A stretch of DNA of 6,165 nucleotides from a virus, in IMG/VR virus record IMGVR_UViG_3300009609_000022, positions 1 to 6,165 of that record, one strand, 5' to 3'. The first letter of the stretch is position 1. Each line of letters starts with the position of its first letter. Made by a program: the position numbers and the translations under genes. The notes under the pieces were generated by a model that was given only the letters and a program-made list of their open reading frames with translations, was not told the DNA's origin and ran no database searches. Shown here piece after piece: positions 1 to 4,719 of the stretch.

Positions 1-123
1 GGGCGAATGGGCCACAGCAGAAAACTTCGCCACCCAGGAGCGCGGCACCGGGAGCATTACTCCGGTCTCGATGGGCGGGGGCGGGTCATGTCCCGCAGAC
101 ATTCCGCTTCCGAAGGGGCTCAC
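1..123. repeat. Terminal direct repeat, copy 1 (identical to 6043-6165). Marks circular closure of a 6042-bp unit.
   Basis: The string gggcgaatgggccacagcag...cttccgaaggggctcac is present at both window ends with offset 6042. It lies inside one continuous ORF, so it is an overlap of a circle (or tandem copy), not an LTR or IS end. Confidence 0.95.
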
Positions 124-235
124 GTTCACGTATAGCGGCTTCTGCTACGTCGCGGACGGTGTGCGCCCTGCTCTGCTCGCGGTTGGGTGGCTGCTCGCGG
201 CCCTGATCGTCGTGGGCGGTTTCAAGGGGGAGTAG
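2..235 (+). CDS. 3' portion of the pIII-like adsorption/minor coat protein gene that starts at 4796 (wraps around the circle).
   Basis: The reading frame continues without a stop from 4796 through 6165 (=123) to TAG at 233-235. The C-terminus ...SCPADIPLPKGLTFTYSGFCYVADGVRPALLAVGWLLAALIVVGGFKGE ends in a hydrophobic membrane anchor, as in pIII-type proteins. Confidence 0.85.
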   Translation, partial: GEWATAENFATQERGTGSITPVSMGGGGSCPADIPLPKGLTFTYSGFCYVADGVRPALLAVGWLLAALIVVGGFKGE

Positions 236-239
236 ATCG

Positions 240-521
240 ATGGCGCTTCCCTTCGCTGGTTGGCTCCTGGCCGGTGCGATCCCTCTCGTCAAAAAGGCGC
301 TGATAGGTATCGGCATCGGCGTCATTACTTACGAGGGCGTGACTCAGGCGCTGAACTACGCCCGCGACCAGGTTGTCGCGTCCTGGGGGTTGTTGCCTGG
401 GAACGTCGCCCAGGTGCTTGCGCTCTTCGGCTTCAATGAGTTCTTCGGTATCGTCCTGGGTGCGATAGCGGCGCGTGCCGCGTTCACTGCAGTCGCCAGG
501 TTCGGCCGCATCACTTCATGA
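240..521 (+). CDS. pVI-like minor coat / membrane protein (DUF2523-like, the Ace position of CTX-type phages).
   Basis: 93 aa and very hydrophobic (AGWLLAGAIPLV, IGIGIGVI, VLALFGFNEFFGIVLGAIAA). It sits immediately upstream of, and ATGA-overlapped with, the Zot/pI gene, the conserved inovirus position. SD-like aaggggga lies upstream of ATG 240. Confidence 0.7.
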   Translation: MALPFAGWLLAGAIPLVKKALIGIGIGVITYEGVTQALNYARDQVVASWGLLPGNVAQVLALFGFNEFFGIVLGAIAARAAFTAVARFGRITS

Positions 522-1744
522 TCACGCTTATCACCGGGGGCAACGGGCTCGGTAAGACGGCCCTTGCTCTCTCGATGGCGCTTGAAGAAAAGGCGCGACC
601 GCTCTACGTGGTCGGCGTGAAGGATCTGTGCATACCGCATGAAATCGCGCCACCGATAGAGGAATGGACGGAGGTGGTTGATGATCCTTCTTACGTCGGC
701 GGCAAAAAGCTACGCTTCACGTTCCCGCCTAATTCGCTCATCATCATCGACGAGTGCCAGAGCATCTACCGGCCCAGGGCCGCGAGCTCGCGCGTTCCTG
801 ATTATGTGGCCGCGTTCGAGACGCATCGGCATGAGGGGCTGGACTTCTGGCTGATCACGCAGCATCCAGGGCTCCTGGATGCCAACGTGCGGAAGCTCGT
901 CCGGCGGCACATTCATTTGCGCGACACCTGGGCGGGCCGAAAGCTAATCGAGTGGCCCGAGCTCGGCGATCCGGAGTCCAGGGCTTCGCGTGAGCTCGCG
1001 GCGCAGCGGCGCTACAAGCTGCCGCGTCACGTTTTCGATAAATACACTTCGGCCCAGGTGCACACCAAGCTGCAGAAGCGGGTGCCCTGGTATGTGTATG
1101 TGTTTTTCCTGATGGTGTTTGTTTTCTTGGGTCTGATGGTCTACATCTATCGGAACATCTCCGCGAAGCTTGAGCCGGTGGCGGCGAGCTCTTCCACCAA
1201 GGCCTGGGCCAAGAAAGACGCGGGTTCGAGCTCGAGCGCGAGCGCGGGCGGGAAGGGTGCGCCGCTTACTCGCGCTCAGTGGGTTGCAGAGCGTGAGCCC
1301 AGGTTACCGGGGATTCCTCATACGGCGCCGGTCTATGACAAGGCGATGGAGGCGAGGGTGGCGCCTTTCCCGTCCGCTTGCGTTGTTCTCAAGGGCAAGT
1401 GCGGGTGCTATACGGATCAGGCGACCAGGCTGCATCTCCCTGATACCGTGTGTCGCGACATCGTTGCTAACGGTTTCTTCAATCCTACCGGTGTCGGTCG
1501 CGCCCGGGCTCATGGCGCGATCGGTGCGCCCCCCGTCGTCGCGCCGGTTTATGCGCCCCCTGTCGCGCCGGTTCCGGCCCCGAGCTCGCCGGCGCAGCCC
1601 GTTGCCGGTGAGGTCTATCACACCGGAGCTCCTGGCGGCTTCGAGATGGGGCCACCTGTCGGTGGTGGCGGATCGGGAGCGGGTGGCGGGTCTCAGGCGC
1701 CTGCGGCGCTGCCTGAACGCGCTTTTTCGCGTGGCGGGCACTGA
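518..1744 (+). CDS. Zot-like / pI morphogenesis (assembly) P-loop ATPase.
   Basis: Walker A GGNGLGKT (aa 7-14, nt 536-559). Walker B LIIIDECQ (aa 74-81, nt 737-760). Single TM segment PWYVYVFFLMVFVFLGLMVYIY (about nt 1085-1150). Then a periplasmic part with a Cys motif (CVVLKGKCGCYTDQATRL...C) and a Pro/Ala/Gly-rich tail. The start overlaps the upstream stop (ATGA at 518-521). Confidence 0.9.
   Translation: MITLITGGNGLGKTALALSMALEEKARPLYVVGVKDLCIPHEIAPPIEEWTEVVDDPSYVGGKKLRFTFPPNSLIIIDECQSIYRPRAASSRVPDYVAAFETHRHEGLDFWLITQHPGLLDANVRKLVRRHIHLRDTWAGRKLIEWPELGDPESRASRELAAQRRYKLPRHVFDKYTSAQVHTKLQKRVPWYVYVFFLMVFVFLGLMVYIYRNISAKLEPVAASSSTKAWAKKDAGSSSSASAGGKGAPLTRAQWVAEREPRLPGIPHTAPVYDKAMEARVAPFPSACVVLKGKCGCYTDQATRLHLPDTVCRDIVANGFFNPTGVGRARAHGAIGAPPVVAPVYAPPVAPVPAPSSPAQPVAGEVYHTGAPGGFEMGPPVGGGGSGAGGGSQAPAALPERAFSRGGH
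1538..1573 (+). repeat. 12-nt exact direct repeat gtcgcgccggtt at 1538-1549 and 1562-1573 (24-nt period) within the pI C-terminal tail.
   Basis: It is in frame and encodes VAPVYAPP / VAPVPAPS, a proline-rich octapeptide duplication. Confidence 0.8.
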
Positions 1745-1767
1745 CCCACCTCGTAGACAGCGCGGCC

Positions 1768-1986
1768 TCACCTGTGGCGGCTCCGGTGGCGGCCTCTCAA
1801 GGCCAACCGGCTCATTGAGCGTTCGAGGGCATCCGCCTTTTCTGCTTTGATCTTCGCGGCGACGTTCCAGTACTTGATGTAGTATCGTCCGCGCCAGGAG
1901 CTCGGGTCGAAGCCTACTCTTTCCACCCATTCCTCGACTTCGCGGACTGTGACCTGCGGACTATCGGGCCACAATTCGAACTGCAT
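1768..1986 (-). CDS. Hypothetical 72-aa basic protein, distal gene of the minus-strand regulator operon.
   Basis: The ATG at 1986 lies 13 nt after the regulator stop (2000-2002). The sequence is non-repetitive and protein-like (MQFELWPDSPQVTVREVEEWVERVGFDPSSWRGRYYIKYWNVAAKIKAEKADALERS...) with an Arg/His-rich tail, and the third codon position is mostly G/C. No family was recognised and the SD is weak. Confidence 0.5.
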   Translation of the reverse strand: MQFELWPDSPQVTVREVEEWVERVGFDPSSWRGRYYIKYWNVAAKIKAEKADALERSMSRLALRGRHRSRHR

Positions 1987-1999
1987 CGCGCCAGCGATG

Positions 2000-2341
2000 C
2001 TATGCGGGCTTCATGTTTTTGTCTGTCAGGAATTCTCTGATGAGGGCTGTCAGGCGGTGCCTGAGCCATTTGACATAATATACAGTGACCCGCGTCATGT
2101 TCTGCGCGGCCTCAGCGGAGGGGAGCGTCTGCCAGGTGAGGAATGCCCCCGTTATCGTCACCAGGCACATCTTTCCCAGGAGCTTCAGTATTGCGGCCAT
2201 GTTGTCCGTTGATGGTTTCGTGATGCCGTTGCGCATCTGCGACACCGCACTGGCCGTCACTCCGAGGTACCGCGCGAGCTTGTTTCCGCTGCCCGCTTTC
2301 TCTATGGCCGCCGCTACGATCGGCTTGTAGTCGAACTTCAT
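2000..2341 (-). CDS. Cro/CI (Xre)-type HTH transcriptional regulator (putative phage repressor / immunity factor) with an atypical roughly 55-aa C-terminal extension.
   Basis: The N-terminal 55 aa carry a classic HTH: GSGNKLARYLGVTASAVSQMRNGITKPSTDNMAAILKLL. The gene is divergent from the rep operon. A G-run SD (gggggg) lies 7 nt upstream of the ATG on the minus strand. The C-terminal half (MCLVTITGAFLTWQTLP...VYYVKWLRHRLTALIREFL) is not part of a normal Cro fold. Confidence 0.8.
   Translation of the reverse strand: MKFDYKPIVAAAIEKAGSGNKLARYLGVTASAVSQMRNGITKPSTDNMAAILKLLGKMCLVTITGAFLTWQTLPSAEAAQNMTRVTVYYVKWLRHRLTALIREFLTDKNMKPA
2068..2095 (-). other. dif-like site (candidate attP for XerC/XerD-mediated integration).
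   Basis: The minus strand reads ACGCGGGTCAC TGTATA TTATGTCAAAT. E. coli dif reads GGTGCGCATAA TGTATA TTATGTTAAAT. The central region matches 6/6, the XerD arm 10/11 and the XerC arm only 2/11. It is an AT-rich island in a GC-rich gene. Confidence 0.65.
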
Positions 2342-2444
2342 TTTTCGGCCCCCCTGGTTGACTGGGTTTAGTGTCCCTTACCCCGTCTTCGTTGACAAGG
2401 GTTTAGCGATGCTTTAGGGTTAAGCATCGCTTGGGGGGGGCCGA
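2342..2444. promoter_or_regulatory. Divergent promoter/operator region between the regulator and the rep operon.
   Basis: TTGACAA at 2392-2398 reads as a -35 on both strands. On plus, TTGACA with a 17-nt spacer leads to TAGGGT at 2415-2420. On minus, TTGTCA with a 17-nt spacer leads to GACACT at 2375-2370. There are three GGGTTWAG boxes (2364-2371, 2399-2406, 2417-2424) and a direct repeat GTTGAC-N2/3-GGGTTTAG (2357-2371, 2391-2406). An 11-bp inverted repeat ttcggcccccc / ggggggccgaa (2344-2354 / 2435-2445) brackets the region. Confidence 0.6.
2405..2431. promoter_or_regulatory. Perfect 10-bp-arm palindrome (candidate operator) whose 7-nt spacer is the rightward -10.
   Basis: agcgatgctt (2405-2414) and aagcatcgct (2422-2431) are exact reverse complements. 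The loop tagggtt contains the proposed -10 TAGGGT. Confidence 0.6.
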
Positions 2445-2708
2445 ATGGCAAGGATGGGGGGTAAGGCGCGGGCTGAGGCGGATCAGCTTCCGCTGTTTGA
2501 CAATGAGCCACCGTTCGCCTGGTCGCTCGGTTCACCCCTTGTCCTGCCCCCCGCTACCGGCGCCCCCGGCGCCGGGGCGGGGGGGCGGCAAGGGCTTTAC
2601 GTCCCAGTTACACGTAAAGATAGTGCCACCGGTGACACTCGGCCCCTTCCGATCTCCCAGGGCTTCTGCCCCCTGTGCGCGGTATTCGGGCGCTGCCTGG
2701 GCTGCTGA
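2445..2708 (+). CDS. Hypothetical 87-aa protein, first ORF of the rightward operon. The C-terminus has CPLC-x5-CLGC. Coding status is uncertain.
   Basis: The ATG at 2445 follows a G8 run, and its leader GGGGGGCCGAA mirrors the leader of the divergent regulator gene. The third codon position is mostly G/C by eye. Against coding: there is a low-complexity PPATGAPGAGAGG stretch, and several strong DNA palindromes lie inside it that could instead be an origin. Confidence 0.4.
   Translation: MARMGGKARAEADQLPLFDNEPPFAWSLGSPLVLPPATGAPGAGAGGRQGLYVPVTRKDSATGDTRPLPISQGFCPLCAVFGRCLGC
2557..2639 (+). other. Cluster of three DNA palindromes/hairpins: candidate replication origin and/or packaging signal.
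   Basis: (1) ccggcgcc-ccc-ggcgccgg, 8-bp GC stem, 2557-2575. (2) ctttacgt-N9-acgtaaag, 8-bp stem, 2595-2619, in a local AT-rich island. (3) An 18-bp imperfect palindrome agtgCcaccggtgAcact at 2622-2639. All lie just upstream of the rep gene, in the only extended region not covered by a confidently called gene. Confidence 0.4.
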
Positions 2709-3718
2709 TCGTGTCCGCTCTGCCGCTATTCGTGGACTGGTTGACGATGCGGCAGGATCATCCCGAAGGCGGCTTGCCAGTCCTCAACGGCGGGCACGTT
2801 ATGGCCGTGGACAGCGACGGGGCTGTCGAATGGCACACCGATCGGCGGCTCGGCTTCGAGGGGTCGTTCGACTCCCGCGTCGAGCTCCGTTGCGATGGCT
2901 ACTCGGTGGAGTTCTCCGGGAACATCGCTCGCTACAACCGGCGAGATAACCTGTTCGGCTACACCTGGCCGGAGACGATCTACCGGGTTAACTCGCTTCT
3001 CAATCTTTTTTCACTTCCACCGTTCACGTCCGGGAAGCTTTTCCGGTTCGCTGACAAAGGATGGACATGGACCGGTGCCAGGGCCTCACGTATCGACATT
3101 ACCGTGAACTATTCCTGTTCCACTGCCGATGCACTGGCCGCACTCATGCGCTCACTATCGGGGCACCACATCGGCAGGCAGAAGGGCAAGTTGTCTCCCG
3201 ATGGTATGACCGTGGAATACGGGCGGGGCTCCCGTTATGTGTACGGCAAGTTCTACTCGAAATCGGCGGAGCTCGTGGCGCACCGCGGTCGCAAGTCCGG
3301 CGCGCACGTTGACCAGGAGGTCGTTGATTTCTGCGACCGCCTCGGCGTCGGGCGCGAGGAATTCACGCTCAAGAGCCGGTTCCTCACGCAGAACAATCTC
3401 GCTTACCTGGGCGGGATCACACACGAGGCGCTTGTCTCGGTCTACTACCACCGCTCACAGCTACGGAGGTTGGGCGCCGTGAAATACGAAAGCTTGGAAG
3501 GGCTGCCGCGCCATTTGCGGGCGACGTATTGCTGCTGGCGCGATGGAATGCCGCAGCAGATCAGCAGGCGCACGCTCTACCGGCACCGCGCCGCGCTACT
3601 CGAATATGGCGTGGACATATCCATTCCATCGAACGTGCGCTCTATGCCGATCAAGGTGCGCCAGGTGGAAGTAGCCGCGCTCGAAGCGCCGTCCTGGTAT
3701 CTGCGGAAGTTCGGTTGA
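2675..3718 (+). CDS. Rolling-circle replication initiation protein, filamentous-phage gpII / CRI family.
   Basis: The N-terminal signature FVDWLT...GG.V..VDSDGAVEW......FEGSFDSRV.....G..VEFSGNIARYNRRDNLFGY is typical of the gpII/X (CRI) family, and the gene sits directly upstream of the gpV-like gene. The start is uncertain. 2675 is a GTG. GTG 2711 lies 2 nt after the ORF87 stop. GTG 2732 would give the MDWLT N-terminus typical of the family. Confidence 0.85.
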   Translation: MRGIRALPGLLIVSALPLFVDWLTMRQDHPEGGLPVLNGGHVMAVDSDGAVEWHTDRRLGFEGSFDSRVELRCDGYSVEFSGNIARYNRRDNLFGYTWPETIYRVNSLLNLFSLPPFTSGKLFRFADKGWTWTGARASRIDITVNYSCSTADALAALMRSLSGHHIGRQKGKLSPDGMTVEYGRGSRYVYGKFYSKSAELVAHRGRKSGAHVDQEVVDFCDRLGVGREEFTLKSRFLTQNNLAYLGGITHEALVSVYYHRSQLRRLGAVKYESLEGLPRHLRATYCCWRDGMPQQISRRTLYRHRAALLEYGVDISIPSNVRSMPIKVRQVEVAALEAPSWYLRKFG

Positions 3719-3781
3719 TTTCATCGCGCCTGGATTCGCCGCCCAGGATCACGCGTAAACAGGCGACAAGGAGCTAACAGC

Positions 3782-4078
3782 ATGGCAACGGAAACGGTGA
3801 AGGTGATGGGTGTGAAGTTCTTCAAGGGCACGATTGACGACAAGGCAATCGATAGCGGCAAGATTTTCGTAGAGGAAGCGCTTGACTTCACGCGGGGAAC
3901 CGCGAAGGGCTACGCCAGCCAGGAATACGCCCTGGGCAATGCGGAGGCGGCGCAAGTGTTGATGAAGCTCGAATTTCCGCTCATGGCGGTAGTCGAGTTC
4001 CAGCGCGTTACGAACGGCGACACCAGCAAGAACGTCGTCATGAGCGTGCGGCCTGCTGATGTCAAGAAGGCGGCGTGA
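3782..4078 (+). CDS. Putative ssDNA-binding protein (gpV position).
   Basis: 98 aa, soluble, directly after rep and before the coat gene, with a strong SD aaggag at 3769-3774. The call rests on size and synteny only; no motif was recognised. Confidence 0.6.
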   Translation: MATETVKVMGVKFFKGTIDDKAIDSGKIFVEEALDFTRGTAKGYASQEYALGNAEAAQVLMKLEFPLMAVVEFQRVTNGDTSKNVVMSVRPADVKKAA

Positions 4079-4139
4079 TGCATTCGGCTGTTTTTCCCGT
4101 TGGGCCGAGTCTGTGAAGGAACGGGGAAGGAGTGAAGGG

Positions 4140-4343
4140 ATGAAACCCCTCATTGGTCTATACGTGTTGGTGTGCTCGCTGTTCACCTGGTTGCTTCCGG
4201 CCCCTGCGCTGGCGGCGGTTCCTGCTGCCGTGACCACGGCGATCAGCGATATGCAAGCGGACGCGCTCACGGTCGCGACGGCGTTCCTGGTCGCCACGAT
4301 CGTGGTCATCGCGTTCCTGTTCATGCGCAAAGGCGCGCGCTAG
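4140..4343 (+). CDS. Major coat protein precursor (gpVIII-like).
   Basis: 67 aa. Signal peptide MKPLIGLYVLVCSLFTWLLPAPALA, then a roughly 42-aa mature peptide. The mature peptide has an acidic N-terminus (SDMQAD), a hydrophobic core (LTVATAFLVATIVVIAFLF) and a basic DNA-binding tail (MRKGAR). SD gaaggag lies 8 nt upstream of ATG 4140. The upstream in-frame ATG at 4059 overlaps the gpV-like gene and lacks an SD. Confidence 0.85.
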   Translation: MKPLIGLYVLVCSLFTWLLPAPALAAVPAAVTTAISDMQADALTVATAFLVATIVVIAFLFMRKGAR

Positions 4344-4362
4344 GGCAGGGGAGGGCTGCGGC

Positions 4363-4719
4363 ATGGGCTACGTCGTGAACACTCGATGCCTGATTGATGT
4401 TCAGTCGGCGCACGATTACCACTACGGGTCCATGCCGCACGCCTACTCGCACGATGATGTGAGCACGTATGAAGTGGCCTACGTGCAGAGCTCGACGGTT
4501 GGGCGGAGCTCGGATTCCGGGTGGTCGCGGCAGACGACGGCATACCCGCTCGGCGGCGGATCGGTGACGGGGACGTCCTATATCGACCTGGACGCGCTCG
4601 CGTTTCCCTCTTGTGATCCAGCCGAAAGTTTTCTCGATGGCGTTGCGGTCGCCTGGGGATTCGGCGCGGCGCTCGTCATGGTTGCGTGTCTCAAGCTCAT
4701 GTCGAAGGGGGCCAGGTGA
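4363..4719 (+). CDS. 118-aa C-terminally anchored protein with a coat-like tail (putative minor virion protein).
   Basis: SD aggggaggg lies upstream of ATG 4363. There is no signal peptide. The N-terminal 90 aa are polar and rich in His/Tyr/Ser. The C-terminal TM GVAVAWGFGAALVMVACL is followed by KLMSKGAR, mirroring the coat tail FLFMRKGAR. The stop overlaps the next start (TGATG at 4717-4721). Confidence 0.6.
   Translation: MGYVVNTRCLIDVQSAHDYHYGSMPHAYSHDDVSTYEVAYVQSSTVGRSSDSGWSRQTTAYPLGGGSVTGTSYIDLDALAFPSCDPAESFLDGVAVAWGFGAALVMVACLKLMSKGAR

Noticed and set aside
1-123. Terminal 123-bp repeats as biological LTRs, IS ends or att duplications.
   Set aside because: The repeat is direct and exact, and it sits in the middle of a continuous ORF whose frame is preserved across the junction. 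This is the signature of a linearised circle (or tandem copy), not of element termini.
785-812. Second possible dif-like half site (TTATGTGGCCG preceded by tcctga) inside the pI gene. A similar TTATGTGTACG lies near 3234.
   Set aside because: Only the TTATGT hexamer matches. The central region and the other arm do not. This is expected by chance, and the sites are not positioned to form a CTX-type folded attP with 2068-2095.
1717-1732. Small hairpin acgcg-cttttt-cgcgt near the end of the pI gene as a bidirectional terminator for the convergent genes.
   Set aside because: The stem is only 5 bp, the T-run is in the loop rather than trailing the stem, and the hairpin lies inside coding sequence. 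I found no convincing intrinsic terminator in the 23-nt convergent gap (1745-1767).
1170-1930. Long Arg-rich ORFs (1170-1850 plus strand, 226 aa; 1304-1930 minus strand, 208 aa) overlapping the 3' half of the Zot/pI gene.
   Set aside because: They are extremely Arg/Pro/Ser-rich and low-complexity, as is typical of off-frame and antisense reading of GC-rich coding DNA. The pI frame has clear motifs and continuity. No start context supports them.
1949-2330. Plus-strand ORFs 1949-2212 (87 aa) and 2085-2330 (81 aa) opposite the regulator gene.
   Set aside because: The minus-strand frame encodes a textbook Cro/CI HTH with an appropriate divergent promoter and SD. The plus-strand ORFs show no motifs.
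2431-2949. 172-aa plus-strand ORF spanning the control region, ORF87 and the rep 5' end.
   Set aside because: It is Arg/Pro-rich and out of frame with the well-supported Rep N-terminal signature. Its start lies inside the palindromic operator with no leader.
4059-4139. Upstream in-frame ATG (4059) giving a 94-aa coat precursor.
   Set aside because: The extension (MSRRRRDAFGCFSRWAESVKERGRSEG) overlaps the gpV-like gene end and has no SD. It would put a highly charged segment before the signal peptide. ATG 4140 has a strong gaaggag SD at ideal spacing.
3749-4330. 193-aa minus-strand ORF antisense to the gpV-like and coat genes.
   Set aside because: The plus-strand genes have strong SD sequences, signal peptide and TM logic, and canonical order. 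The antisense ORF has no recognisable features and is a shadow ORF.
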